Shown here piece by piece: positions 34,912 through 44,863 of a DNA stretch of 64,000 nucleotides. The first letter of the stretch is position 1; each line of letters starts with the position of its first letter. This DNA comes from a virus (Duplodnaviria; Caudoviricetes): IMG/VR virus record IMGVR_UViG_2935269657_000002, positions 6,046 through 70,045 of that record. One strand, written 5' to 3'. The translations under genes and the position numbers were made by a program. The notes under the pieces are model-generated. The model was given only the letters and a program-made list of their open reading frames with translations. It did no database searches and had not been told where the DNA came from.

Positions 34912-36572
34912 TGCCCTGGCGCGGCCCTGAGTTCGAGGGCGAGCTGCCGACGCTGGGCTACCAGGTTCTCGACTGGATCCTGGAGATGCTGGCGGCACCG
35001 GACCGGCCGGAGTACGAGCCGTTCGTGCCGACCCGGGAGCAGGCCGAGTTCATCCTCCGCTTCTACGAGCTGCACCCAGGGACGGGGAAGCGGCGTATCC
35101 GCCGCGGTGTCCTCTCGCGCCCTCGGGGCTGGGGCAAGTCGCCGCTGCTGGCGGCTATCGCCTGCTCGGAGGCGCTCGGCCCGGTGGTCCCGGACGGCTG
35201 GGATGCGAGCGGTGAACCGATCGGTATGGGCTGGGAGCGGATCCGTACCCCGCTTGTGCAGGTGGCCGCGGTGTCGGAGGACCAGACGCAGAACACGTGG
35301 GCGCCGCTCCTGGAGATGCTCCGCCTCGGCCCGGTGATCGACGAGTACCCAGGCTTGGAACCTTTGGATACATTCGTCAATCTCCCCCGAGGGAAGATCG
35401 ACCAGGTCACGTCGTCGGCCACCTCGCGTAAGGGCAACAAGGCGCTGTTCGCGGTGCTCGACCAGACGGAGGAGTGGACGCCTTCCAACGGCGGCAAACG
35501 TCTCGCGCAGGTCATGCGGTCGAATGCGGCGAAGATCGGCGGGACGACGCTGGAGTCTCCGAACGCCTACATCCCTGGCATGGGGTCGGTGGCGGAGGAG
35601 ACGGCCGCGTTCGCCAAGGCCATCAGTGAGGGCCGTACCCGCGAGGACGGCCTGCTGTGGGACCACCGCGAGGCGCCGCCGGAGACCGATCCGACAGACC
35701 GTGAATCACTGGTGGCCGGCCTGCGGTACGCCTATGGCGACAGCTCGGATCACGACGACGGCTGTGTGCTGCATTCGCCGCCGTGCGCACCGGGCTGGTC
35801 TCCGATCGACCGGCTGGTGGGCGACTTCTGGGACACGTCGAATGATCCGCAGGTGATGCGGTCGGACTTCCTCAACCAGATCACCCACGCGAGCGATTCG
35901 TGGCTGTCTCAGCCGGAGTGGGCGGGTTGCGCGGACGCGGCCCGTGTCGTCGCGGACGGCGACACGGTGGTGCTCGGGTTCGATGGTTCCCGGGCCAGGG
36001 CCCGCGGCGTCACGGATGCCACCGCGCTGGTGGGCTGCCGTGTGTCGGACGGCCATCTGTTCCTGCTGGGCTGCTGGGAGCAGCCGGAGGGCCCGGCCGG
36101 TCAGGACTGGCGGGTGCCGGTGCTGGAGGTCCTGGCGTCGGTCGAGGAGGCGTTCTCGCGGTACCGGGTGGTCGGCATGTACGCCGACCCCGCTAAATGG
36201 GAGGGCCATGTCGCGGACTGGGAGGCCCGGTGGGGGGCGGGCCTGAAGGTGAAGGCGACCCGCGACCATCCGGTCGAGTGGTGGATGACGGGCGGCCGGT
36301 CGAACCTGATCGTCCGCGCACTGGAGAAGTTTCACTCTGCGGTACTCGACAAGGAACTGACGCACGACGGATCCAGCACGCTGGCACGGCATGTGCTGAA
36401 CGCACGCCGCCGCAAGGGACGCTCCGGCATCCAGATCATGAAGGAGCACCCGGACTCTGCCCGCAAGATCGACGCGGCGGTGGCTTCGGTGCTGGCGTGG
36501 CAGGCCCGGCTGGATGCCGTGGCCAAGGGGCTGGCCGAAGAGGAAGAGCCCATGGGCGGCTTCACGTTCTGA
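34911..36572 (+). CDS. terL: Terminase large subunit
   Basis: RPRGWGKS, LGFDGS..DATAL, KIDAAVA. Confidence 0.93.
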   Translation: MPWRGPEFEGELPTLGYQVLDWILEMLAAPDRPEYEPFVPTREQAEFILRFYELHPGTGKRRIRRGVLSRPRGWGKSPLLAAIACSEALGPVVPDGWDASGEPIGMGWERIRTPLVQVAAVSEDQTQNTWAPLLEMLRLGPVIDEYPGLEPLDTFVNLPRGKIDQVTSSATSRKGNKALFAVLDQTEEWTPSNGGKRLAQVMRSNAAKIGGTTLESPNAYIPGMGSVAEETAAFAKAISEGRTREDGLLWDHREAPPETDPTDRESLVAGLRYAYGDSSDHDDGCVLHSPPCAPGWSPIDRLVGDFWDTSNDPQVMRSDFLNQITHASDSWLSQPEWAGCADAARVVADGDTVVLGFDGSRARARGVTDATALVGCRVSDGHLFLLGCWEQPEGPAGQDWRVPVLEVLASVEEAFSRYRVVGMYADPAKWEGHVADWEARWGAGLKVKATRDHPVEWWMTGGRSNLIVRALEKFHSAVLDKELTHDGSSTLARHVLNARRRKGRSGIQIMKEHPDSARKIDAAVASVLAWQARLDAVAKGLAEEEEPMGGFTF

Positions 36573-36594
36573 TGGGGAATGAGGGGGTGAGTTC

Positions 36595-38016
36595 GTGCTC
36601 GATGACACCCCCGGCAGTCCGGACTGGTGGCTGCTGAGGCTCGGCCGCAGGCTGCGGGACCGGCGCAAGGACCTGGACCGCTGGTGGGACTACTACCGGG
36701 GGAATCATCCGTTGCCGTCCCTGCCGAAGAACGCGGCAGCGGCCTTCTTGGAGTTCCAGCGCAAGTCCCGCACGAACTTCTGCCGCACGGTTGCTGACGC
36801 GCCCGTCCACAGGCTGCAGGTACTGGGCGTGATGGACGCTTCAGGGAACGCGGACGACGATGCGCTGCGCTGGTGGCAGACCAACCGCCTGGACTCGCGC
36901 CAGAAGCAGATTTACCGGACGGCGATGACTCAGGCCCAGGCCTACGTCATTGTGGGGCCGCATCCGGGCAGGAAAGAGCAGAACGGCGCCCCGTCCCCAC
37001 TGATTACAGCCGAGCATCCCCGCCAAGTGATCGTGGAGCACGATCCGGCGACCGGCGAACGCATCGCCGCACTGAAGGCCTGGTGGGACGACGTCGACCG
37101 GATCGGCCGGGCGACGGTGTACCTGCCGGGCGGGCTGCAGCGGTATGTGACACCCCGCCGATCCGGCGGGACGCTGCCGTGGGGCCGGGAGTCGTGGGAG
37201 CCGGACGAGGAGTTTGAGGAGCACGCCCTCGGTGCGGTGCCAGTCGTGCCGTTCGAGTGCCGGCCGGACCTGATGGAAGAGCCCGAGCCGGAGTTCGGAG
37301 GCGTCCTGGACATCCAGGACCGGATCAATTTGGGTGTCCTGAACCGTATGACCGCAGCACGGTACTCGGCCTTCCGGCAGGGTTACGTGACGGGGCACAA
37401 GTTCCGGAAAAGGACGGACCCTGCCACGGGACTTGAAGTGGTGGAGCAGCCGTTCGTGCCGGGCCCCTCCTCGCTCTGGGCAAGCGAGGGGGAGAACGTC
37501 AGGTTCGGCCAACTGGACGCCACCGACCTCTCCGGGTTCTTGAAGGAACACGAGAGCGATGTGCGGGACATGCTGGTTCTGTCGCACACTCCGGCCTATT
37601 ACTTCGCCTCCGATCTGGTCAACATCTCCGCGGACACGGTGAATGCGCTGGACGTCAACCACCTGGCTAAGGTCGGCGAGCATCAGGCCACGTTCGGCGA
37701 GGACTGGGAGGACGTGCTGGCACTGGCTGCTGCGCAGGCTGGTGTCGACCGGGACTACGCGCAGTCCGAAGTGCGGTGGGCGGATGCCCGTCGCCTGAAC
37801 CCCAGTGTGATCGCGGACGCGGCCACGAAGAAGCATGCGGTCGGCTACCCGCTGGCGATCCTTGCCGAGGACATGGGCGAGTCGCCGCAACGGGTGCGCC
37901 GCATCACCTCCGAGGCGGCGGGCGCCGCGCTGCTGGCCAGCACCACCGCTCCGGCGGTCCCGGCGCCTGCCGCGCCGGCGCCCGCAGACGCGGCGCCTGA
38001 ACGGACGGGGCTGTGA
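36595..38016 (+). CDS. Portal protein (SPP1 gp6-like)
   Basis: YYRGNH, LGAVPVVPF, DIQDRIN; position after terL. Confidence 0.9.
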   Translation: MLDDTPGSPDWWLLRLGRRLRDRRKDLDRWWDYYRGNHPLPSLPKNAAAAFLEFQRKSRTNFCRTVADAPVHRLQVLGVMDASGNADDDALRWWQTNRLDSRQKQIYRTAMTQAQAYVIVGPHPGRKEQNGAPSPLITAEHPRQVIVEHDPATGERIAALKAWWDDVDRIGRATVYLPGGLQRYVTPRRSGGTLPWGRESWEPDEEFEEHALGAVPVVPFECRPDLMEEPEPEFGGVLDIQDRINLGVLNRMTAARYSAFRQGYVTGHKFRKRTDPATGLEVVEQPFVPGPSSLWASEGENVRFGQLDATDLSGFLKEHESDVRDMLVLSHTPAYYFASDLVNISADTVNALDVNHLAKVGEHQATFGEDWEDVLALAAAQAGVDRDYAQSEVRWADARRLNPSVIADAATKKHAVGYPLAILAEDMGESPQRVRRITSEAAGAALLASTTAPAVPAPAAPAPADAAPERTGL

Positions 38017-38816
38017 GCGAGGCGATCCAGGCGGCCCTCGACGCCCGTTACCAGTCGGTGACCATCGCCCTGCGGCAACGCCTCATCGGCGTAGTGCTGA
38101 GGGTGTTCGGCGGCGGCAGCTACCGGGATGCGGACGCGGACGCGTTCGTCGAGCAGGTCCTTCCGGTGGTGCTGGGGGCGCAGCAGCAGATGGGCGCGCT
38201 CACCGACGCCTACCTGGCGGCGATGGTGGCCGACATGTTCGGCGGTGCGGCAGCAGCGGGCGGGGTGCAGATCCCCGACCAGGTGCGCGGCGTACCCGCT
38301 GAGGACGTGTACCGGCGGCCCTTTGTCGCGGTGTGGACGGCGCTCTCGCAGGGCAAGCCGCTGACCGAGGCCGTCCGTCAGGGCGAGACCCGGCTGGTCT
38401 CGATCGCTGGTACGGATCTGCAGCTGGCCAGGACCGAGGCGACACGCCAAGTTCTGGGCAGGGACGGGCGGGTGCAGTTCTACCGGCGGGTTCTGCGCGG
38501 CTCCTACAACTGCGCAATGTGCGTGATCGCCTCGACGCAGCGGTACCGCAAGGAGCGGCTGATGCCGATCCATCCCGGCTGCGACTGCGGCACCCGCCCG
38601 TTGCCACCTGGTAGCGATCCCGGTCAGGTCATCGAACCGGACCTGCTGGAAGCCGCGCACGACGCGGTTGCGAAGGGCACCGGGCAGGCGGACCGCGGCG
38701 GCCGGCTGCCGGACTACCGGGACATCATCATCGACCGTCAGCACGGCGAGCTGGGGCCTCTCATGGCCCTGCGCCGCCACGACTTCACTGCCTCCGAGGA
38801 CCTTCGCGGGCGGTGA
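38013..38816 (+). CDS. Minor capsid / MuF-like head morphogenesis protein
   Basis: YRRV..CAMC..HPGCDC. Confidence 0.8.
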   Translation: MSEAIQAALDARYQSVTIALRQRLIGVVLRVFGGGSYRDADADAFVEQVLPVVLGAQQQMGALTDAYLAAMVADMFGGAAAAGGVQIPDQVRGVPAEDVYRRPFVAVWTALSQGKPLTEAVRQGETRLVSIAGTDLQLARTEATRQVLGRDGRVQFYRRVLRGSYNCAMCVIASTQRYRKERLMPIHPGCDCGTRPLPPGSDPGQVIEPDLLEAAHDAVAKGTGQADRGGRLPDYRDIIIDRQHGELGPLMALRRHDFTASEDLRGR

Positions 38817-38875
38817 CCCGCGCCGCCGACACGGCCGCGCACTTCTCACACCAACCCGACACGGGAGCATCACGC

Positions 38876-39574
38876 ATGCGCGCACGCACCGCAGCTCATT
38901 GCCCGAGCATCAGCTCGGCATGGGCACACCCATACCCGGTCCACCCGTTCTCGCCGCTCCTGTACGCCGATGGCGGTGACGCGGGCGGCGGCGACGGAGG
39001 CGAAGAGGGGGCCTCGGGCGGTGACTCCGGCACGGAGGCGACACCCGAGGGCAGCGAATCCCCGAAGCCGCCGCCCAAGGACTGGCAGGCCGAGGCGGAG
39101 AAGTGGCAGGCCCTGGCCCGCAAGCACGAGACGCGGGCCAAGGAGAACGCCTCCGCGGCCAAGGAGCGCGACGACCTGAAGCGACAGTCCATGTCTGACC
39201 AGGAACGGGCTGTCGATGAGGCCTCGGCGAAGGCACGCGTCGAAGAACGCGTCCGTCTCGCCGGGAAGCTGGCCCGTCAGGGGTTTCTCGCCGCGGCGGC
39301 CGGACGCATCCCACACGCCGCAGATGTTGCCGACGACTTGAATCTCGCCAAGTACGTCAGTGACGACGGCGACATCGACGAGAAGGCGCTCGCCGCTCTT
39401 GTCGACCGTCTGGCTCCGAAGAAGGCCGACGCTGAGCCGGAGGCCGAGAAGAAGTCCGCCCCCAACGGGCGCGGCTTCGACCAGGGGCCGCGAGGATCCG
39501 CCAAGCAGGAGTCGTCGCTCTCTTCGGGACGTGAGCTGTACGCGCAGCGCAAGAAGTCCACCAGCTTCACCTGA
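38876..39574 (+). CDS. Capsid scaffolding protein
   Basis: Acidic N-terminus, KWQALARKHE.RAKEN coiled coil. Confidence 0.8.
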   Translation: MRARTAAHCPSISSAWAHPYPVHPFSPLLYADGGDAGGGDGGEEGASGGDSGTEATPEGSESPKPPPKDWQAEAEKWQALARKHETRAKENASAAKERDDLKRQSMSDQERAVDEASAKARVEERVRLAGKLARQGFLAAAAGRIPHAADVADDLNLAKYVSDDGDIDEKALAALVDRLAPKKADAEPEAEKKSAPNGRGFDQGPRGSAKQESSLSSGRELYAQRKKSTSFT

Positions 39575-39591
39575 CTCCCAAGGAACGGGAC

Positions 39592-39981
39592 ATGAATCTG
39601 ACGCAGACAGCCGAGACGTTCGGCCTCGACGACCAGTCATGGCTGGCATCCGCCCACGGTACGGACACCGGTCGTTCGATCACTCTCGACACCAGCACCT
39701 TCACCGCGGGCACCCACTACCCGACAGGGCACTTCCCGTCCGGCCTGCCCCTCGGAAAGATCACTGCGACGGGCAAGTACGGGCCCTACAACAACGCTTC
39801 ATCGGACGGCACCGAAGTCCTCGCCGGTTTCCTTCTGACCGCCGTGGACGCGCCCTCGGTCAACACCATCGACCCGCAGGGCGTGCTGCTCTGGCACGGC
39901 GCGGTCGTTGAGGCCAAGCTGCCCGTCACCGTCGACTCGGCCGGAAAGACCGACGTCGCCGGCCGTATCTCGTTCTTCTAG
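39592..39981 (+). CDS. Head decoration protein
   Basis: WLASAHG, SGLPLGKITATGKYGPY; lies between scaffold and major capsid genes. Confidence 0.8.
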   Translation: MNLTQTAETFGLDDQSWLASAHGTDTGRSITLDTSTFTAGTHYPTGHFPSGLPLGKITATGKYGPYNNASSDGTEVLAGFLLTAVDAPSVNTIDPQGVLLWHGAVVEAKLPVTVDSAGKTDVAGRISFF

Positions 39982-39997
39982 GAAGGGGTGACCCAAG

Positions 39998-41044
39998 ATG
40001 CTGATCAATACTGACTACGTCACCCCGGCCGAGCTCACGGGCTACGTCCGCGCCGCGCTCGGGGACCAGCAGCAAAACCGGTTCCGGCTCGCCGCGTGGC
40101 TGCCGAACCGCACCATCGACGACCTGCAGTACCGCTTCCTGCGCGGCGGCAGTGAGGGGCTGACCGAGGCCACGACGTTCCGCGCCTACGACGCCGAGTC
40201 GCCGATCGGAGCTCGCCCTGGCGTGACGCGTGTGACCGGCGAGCTCCCTCCGGTCTCCCGCAAGATCCGCCTCGGCGAATACGACCGGCTGCGACAGCGC
40301 AAGCTGGTCGGCCGGATCCAGCAGCAGATCCTCACCGACGCCGAGCGCATGACTCGCTCGGTCGCCGCCCGTATCGAATTGGCCCGCGGTGAGGCTCTGT
40401 GGAAGGGCAAGATCGACCTTGCGGAGAATGGTGTCATCGCCAGTGTCGACTTCGGTCGCACTGCCGGGCATACCGTCAACGCCGGCACCGCGTGGACTGA
40501 CACGGCGAACGCCACCCCGCTGACCGACCTCATCGCCTGGAAGCAGACCTACCAGGCCAGCAATGGTGTCGCCCCGGGGGCGATCCTTCTGTCGTCTGCG
40601 GTCACCGGTCTGCTGCTGCGCAACGAGGAGATCCGCGCACTGCTGTCGAACGTGAACGGCGTGCCCAACCTGGTCTCCAATGCCCAGCTCCAGGCGATCT
40701 TCCAGGCGCACGGGCTGCCGCCGTTCGAGGAGTACGACGCGCAGGTCCGTGTGAACGGGACCAGTCAGTACGTCATCCCGCGCGACAAGGTGGTGCTGCT
40801 GCCGCCCGCCGGGGACCCGAATGACGCCGAGTCGTCCGAGCTGGGCGCCACCCTGTGGGGTACGACGGCAGAGTCGCTGGAGCCCGACTTCGGACTGGAG
40901 GACGGCGAGGAGCCGGGCATCGTGGCCGGGTCCTACTCGACCAAGGATCCGGTCGCGGTGTGGACGAAGGCCGCTGCGGTCAGCCTGCCGGTGCTGGCCA
41001 ATCCGGACCTCACCTTCTGCGCGGACATCGGAACGATCTCGTGA
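39998..41044 (+). CDS. Major capsid protein (lambda gpE-like)
   Basis: FRAYDAESPI, GELPPVSRKIRLGEYD, LPVLANPD. Confidence 0.88.
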   Translation: MLINTDYVTPAELTGYVRAALGDQQQNRFRLAAWLPNRTIDDLQYRFLRGGSEGLTEATTFRAYDAESPIGARPGVTRVTGELPPVSRKIRLGEYDRLRQRKLVGRIQQQILTDAERMTRSVAARIELARGEALWKGKIDLAENGVIASVDFGRTAGHTVNAGTAWTDTANATPLTDLIAWKQTYQASNGVAPGAILLSSAVTGLLLRNEEIRALLSNVNGVPNLVSNAQLQAIFQAHGLPPFEEYDAQVRVNGTSQYVIPRDKVVLLPPAGDPNDAESSELGATLWGTTAESLEPDFGLEDGEEPGIVAGSYSTKDPVAVWTKAAAVSLPVLANPDLTFCADIGTIS

Positions 41045-41343
41045 CCCGGCGCTCCGTGGTGCACGTCCACGTCGCCAGCAAGGATGGAACCCGCCGCCAG
41101 TGGCTCGCCCCTGGCGACCAGGTGCCCGACTGGGCCGCCCTGGACGACCGCAACCTGGCACCCGAGGCGGCCCCGGCAGGTGCCGGACCGTCCCAGGCGC
41201 CCGCGCGGGCGGGGCGCGGCAGCGGCCTCAAGGAATGGCGGGCCTTCGCCGGGACTCACGGCGTCGAGGTGGCCCCGGACGCCGGCCGGGACGATGTCAT
41301 CACCGCCTGCGAGCGGGCCGGTCTCGTCGCCGCCGAGGACTGA
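41041..41343 (+). CDS. Small head-associated protein
   Basis: PGDQVPDWA; C-terminal helical module. Confidence 0.6.
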   Translation: MTRRSVVHVHVASKDGTRRQWLAPGDQVPDWAALDDRNLAPEAAPAGAGPSQAPARAGRGSGLKEWRAFAGTHGVEVAPDAGRDDVITACERAGLVAAED

Positions 41344-41346
41344 GCG

Positions 41347-41754
41347 ATGGCGGCCTACGCGACGGTCGCTGACTACCAGGCCCGCGCCGCGGTGACCCTT
41401 GCCGAGCCGCAGCTCAGCCAGGTACAGGCCTTGCTGCAGGACATCGCCGCGCTGATCCGCACGAGCATCCCAGCCGGCACAGTGCCGGACGCGGATGTCG
41501 CCAGGGCGGTCAGCGTGGCGGTGGCGCGCCGCGCCATGGCCAACCCCGGCGGCTACCGGCAGCGCACGGTGGGCCAGTACTCGGAGACCCTGGGCGAGGC
41601 GGGCGGCCTGTATCTCACCGATGCGGAGCTCGAAGCCCTCAGCGCCAACGATGAGGGCAGCGGCGGGGATGCCGCCTACTCGGTGGGGCTGCGTGACAAC
41701 TGCCCTGCCTGGTTCGAGGATCCGGGCGGCAGCATGCTGCCGTTCCGCTGGTGA
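41347..41754 (+). CDS. Head-to-tail adaptor
   Basis: YATVAD, RAMANPGG.RQ.TVGQYS, GLYLT. Confidence 0.8.
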   Translation: MAAYATVADYQARAAVTLAEPQLSQVQALLQDIAALIRTSIPAGTVPDADVARAVSVAVARRAMANPGGYRQRTVGQYSETLGEAGGLYLTDAELEALSANDEGSGGDAAYSVGLRDNCPAWFEDPGGSMLPFRW

Positions 41755-42110
41755 AAGGCGGCCTCATGTTCCACCAGGCCATCGTCCGGGTGCGTGCCGG
41801 GACCAAGACCGACCGGGGCGGCAACGCGGTCCCCGACTGGTCCGAATCAGCGGTGACACGGCTGCGGGTCGGCCAGGTCAGTGTGCAGCCCACGACACAG
41901 GCCGAGGAGAACGACGCCAGCCGCTCCCAGGTCATCACCGGCTGGCAGGTCATCTCCGCCCCGGGCGTGGATGCCGACATCCGGGCCGCGGATCGCGTCG
42001 AGTGGAACGGCACAACCCTCGAAGTGGTCGGCGAAGTGGGCCGCTTCGTCGACTTCGGTGACGCCTCGACGCACCACATCGAGTTCGTGCTGCGCCGGAC
42101 CACCGGATAG
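41751..42110 (+). CDS. Head closure/stopper protein
   Basis: DI.AADRVEW.G...EVVG. Confidence 0.8.
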   Translation: MKGGLMFHQAIVRVRAGTKTDRGGNAVPDWSESAVTRLRVGQVSVQPTTQAEENDASRSQVITGWQVISAPGVDADIRAADRVEWNGTTLEVVGEVGRFVDFGDASTHHIEFVLRRTTG

Positions 42111-42120
42111 GAGGGCTTCG

Positions 42121-42402
42121 ATGTCGCAGGTCAGTTTCCATCTGGACCGGGCCGGCGTCCGGGAGATCCTCAAGGGCCCGGAGACCCGTGAAGTCATCGA
42201 CTACTACGCGAGCGAAATCGCGGCCAATGTCGGTGCGGTCGTTCCGGGCACGCCGATCCAGGTCTACCGCTACACCACCGATCGGGCTGCGGCGTCGGTC
42301 GTGGTCGAAGACGTGCGCGCCATGGGCTGGCAGGCCCGTGACGGCATTCTCACCAGGGCGGCTGCGTTCGCGGGTCTTGAAGTCAAGGCGTGGCAGCGGT
42401 GA
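42121..42402 (+). CDS. Neck/tail completion protein
   Basis: Position; LDRAGVREIL, TDRA. Confidence 0.65.
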   Translation: MSQVSFHLDRAGVREILKGPETREVIDYYASEIAANVGAVVPGTPIQVYRYTTDRAAASVVVEDVRAMGWQARDGILTRAAAFAGLEVKAWQR

Positions 42403-42824
42403 AGCCGCTGGTGGTCTTCGGGGATGTGCAGGCCGCGGGCGCCGAGGTGCTGCGAATGGCTCTTACCGGCAGGCCGGAGGCGTTCGCGGCGGGCGTCACG
42501 GTCGGCACGAAGGTGCCTGCGGTCCGCTCGCCGGAGGACGACCGGCTGCCGTTCGTGCTGGTCCGCAAGGACTCCGACAGCCCTCATCCGTCGATGGCGA
42601 ATGCGCGGTGCACGCTGCGCTGCACGGTGTGGCACCAGGACGCCGACCAGGCGCATGACCTGGCGATGCTCTGCCAGGGGCTGTGGCTGGTGCACTCCGG
42701 GGCCGTGATCCGCGGCTTTCGCCCCGGCACCGGACCGATCCCGGCATCCGATCCCGATTCAGGCATCGACCTGAGCACCTTCACATCGATCGCCAACGTC
42801 AGGCCCCAGCCGATGACGGCGTGA
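42399..42824 (+). CDS. Tail terminator-like protein
   Basis: Position before the major tail gene. Confidence 0.65.
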   Translation: MKPLVVFGDVQAAGAEVLRMALTGRPEAFAAGVTVGTKVPAVRSPEDDRLPFVLVRKDSDSPHPSMANARCTLRCTVWHQDADQAHDLAMLCQGLWLVHSGAVIRGFRPGTGPIPASDPDSGIDLSTFTSIANVRPQPMTA

Positions 42825-42876
42825 CTTGTCTGCCGAACCGCGACACCACCCCTTGAACTGATATGAGGAGGACGCC

Positions 42877-43644
42877 GTGGCCGGCGACCCGCTGAAGGCA
42901 AATCTGTGGACGGACGCGGACGTCTACGTCTCGACCAACCTGTCCGCGACCCTGCCCGCCAACGCCGACACTGCGTTCGGCGTGGACTGGGACCTGGTCG
43001 GTCTCCTCGATGGCGACGAGGGATTTCCCGAGTCGCGGGATGAGGACACGGACGACAAGTTCGCATGGGGCGGCATCCTCGTCCGGACGAGCCGCAACCA
43101 CTTCAAGCTCACCAAGGGCTTCACGGCGCTGGAGGACAACGCCACCACCTACAGCCTGCTGTGGCCGGGATCGACGGCGACACAGATCAAGGTGCCCCGC
43201 CCGGCGAAGGTGCTGGTGGCGTTCGAGACCCGCGAGGGCGACAAGGTCCGCCGCCTCATCACCGCCAATTATGCCGAGGTCAGCCTGGACGGCGACCACG
43301 GGGAGAACGAAACCGACCTGGAGTCGATGACGTTCACCGCCACGATCTACCCCACCGGGGCGGGCGTCCTGTTCAACCGGCAGACCACGCCGATCCTGAC
43401 CAGTCTGACCGTCACGCCATCGACGCTGACGATCGCCGACGGCGACATCGGCGCGCTGACCGCTACGGCCACCTACGACGACGCCACCACTGCGGACGTG
43501 ACCGCGACAGCCTCCTGGGTGTCGTCCGCCCCGGCCGACGCCACCGTCTCCGCAGGCTTCGTCACCGGCGTCGACCCCGGCTCGGCGACCATCACCGCCA
43601 CCTACGAGGGACAGTCGGACACCTGCGCCGTCACGGTCACCTGA
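42877..43644 (+). CDS. Major tail protein with C-terminal Ig-like (Big_2) domain
   Basis: W.LVGLLDGDEG; LTVTP..ATATYDD..DVT..W.SS. Confidence 0.85.
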   Translation: MAGDPLKANLWTDADVYVSTNLSATLPANADTAFGVDWDLVGLLDGDEGFPESRDEDTDDKFAWGGILVRTSRNHFKLTKGFTALEDNATTYSLLWPGSTATQIKVPRPAKVLVAFETREGDKVRRLITANYAEVSLDGDHGENETDLESMTFTATIYPTGAGVLFNRQTTPILTSLTVTPSTLTIADGDIGALTATATYDDATTADVTATASWVSSAPADATVSAGFVTGVDPGSATITATYEGQSDTCAVTVT

Positions 43645-43727
43645 CGAGACCGCCGGGGCGCGGCAGTTCGTCGCGGTTCGGCCGCGCCCCGGTGCACCAC
43701 TTCCTTGCCACGAAGGGGAACCGCGAC

Positions 43728-44075
43728 ATGCCGATCCAGTACAGCGACGAGGAGATCGCCGCCAAGGCGGTTGCGCTCGGCCTGATCCAGGAAGGCCAGG
43801 ACCTGCCGCGCTCACAGCGCAGCCGGGCCCTGGCTGCTCTGGTGCAGGAGAGCCGGCCCGCCCGCACCCGCGGCGTGGCTCCGCAGATGGCCACGGAGAT
43901 CGTCGTCCAGCCGGGCGGCGTGATCCTCGTCGACGGTGAGCCGTTCCCGTGGCTGGTCGCCCAGCAGCCGATGGAGATCGGCCTCAACCCGGACGGCGTC
44001 AGCACGGTCCGCATGACCCTGCTTGCCAACACAGTCCAGATCATCAAGCCTGAACCGAAAGAGGAACCGCGATGA
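43728..44075 (+). CDS. Hypothetical protein
   Basis: RBS; coupled to the tail chaperone gene. Confidence 0.65.
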   Translation: MPIQYSDEEIAAKAVALGLIQEGQDLPRSQRSRALAALVQESRPARTRGVAPQMATEIVVQPGGVILVDGEPFPWLVAQQPMEIGLNPDGVSTVRMTLLANTVQIIKPEPKEEPR

Positions 44076-44413
44076 CCGCGCGAACCGCGACGAAGTCCCC
44101 CGATGACAAGCCCTTCGACTTCAACCTCGACACGGTCGAGGCCGAGGTCGACCTGTCCCCGTGGCGCGTGCACTGGGGCGGCAAGCGCTGGGAGTTCCAG
44201 CACGCCGAGAACCTGGATGTGTGGCGGCTGCTGGAAGGCGCCGAGCAGGGCGACGTCGGCGCCACCGTCGCCGTATTCAAGGTGGCCCTGGGGCCTGACC
44301 AGTGGGATCAGTTCAAGAAGATCAGCATGCCGCAGTACAAGATGAAGGCGCTGTTCGACGCCTACAAGAAGTACTGCGGGCTGGGGGAATCGGAGGCCTC
44401 GTCCAGCTCCTGA
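44072..44413 (+). CDS. Tail assembly chaperone (gpG-like)
   Basis: Position; ends at a slippery site. Confidence 0.8.
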   Translation: MTARTATKSPDDKPFDFNLDTVEAEVDLSPWRVHWGGKRWEFQHAENLDVWRLLEGAEQGDVGATVAVFKVALGPDQWDQFKKISMPQYKMKALFDAYKKYCGLGESEASSSS

Positions 44414-44844
44414 GAGAGCACGGCGAGGCCGTCGAAGCCGACCTGCGCGGGCACTACGGGGTGCGCCTGCGGGACCTGTTCATCCGGGACGCCGAAGGCC
44501 GCCGCAGGATGACCTGGAGAGAGCTCGGCATCTACATCCGCCAGCTCCCCGCCCATGCCCGCACCCGGGCCGCTACGGGAGACGAAGACAGCATCTGGGG
44601 TCTGCAGGAACACCTGACGGCGATCCTCATCGATGAGACCCGCACAGCGAACTGGCAGCGCGCCAATGAAGGCGCACCCACCGGTAAGCAGTCACCCCGC
44701 CCCAAACCGTTCCCCCGACCTGGAGCAGGCGGCGGGAGAAGAAGCACGGGCGGCGCCAGTGCGCACCGCCAGGAGGCCCGGCAGCGGGCACTGAAGCGGG
44801 CCGCGGACCGTAGGCGGGCCATCGCCGAAGGCGCCATCACATAG
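44383..44844 (+). CDS. Tail assembly chaperone -1 frameshift extension (gpGT-like)
   Basis: GGGGGAA at 44383-44389; the -1 frame reads LLREHGEAVEADL..YG. Confidence 0.8.
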   Translation, partial: GGIGGLVQLLREHGEAVEADLRGHYGVRLRDLFIRDAEGRRRMTWRELGIYIRQLPAHARTRAATGDEDSIWGLQEHLTAILIDETRTANWQRANEGAPTGKQSPRPKPFPRPGAGGGRRSTGGASAHRQEARQRALKRAADRRRAIAEGAIT

Positions 44845-44863
44845 AACCGGCAGGGGGTGCACG

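Noticed and set aside
35440-35480. Terminase Walker B reads AVLDQTEE rather than the usual DE
   Set aside because: The ORF and its other motifs are intact and Glu residues follow; more likely a family variant than inactivation
38876-38975. Scaffold N-terminal leader as a possible protease-cleaved propeptide
   Set aside because: No recognisable cleavage consensus or protease gene; cannot be supported from sequence alone
44383-44389. Programmed -1 frameshift in the tail chaperone gene
   Set aside because: Likely real but a well-known siphovirus feature; listed as a feature only
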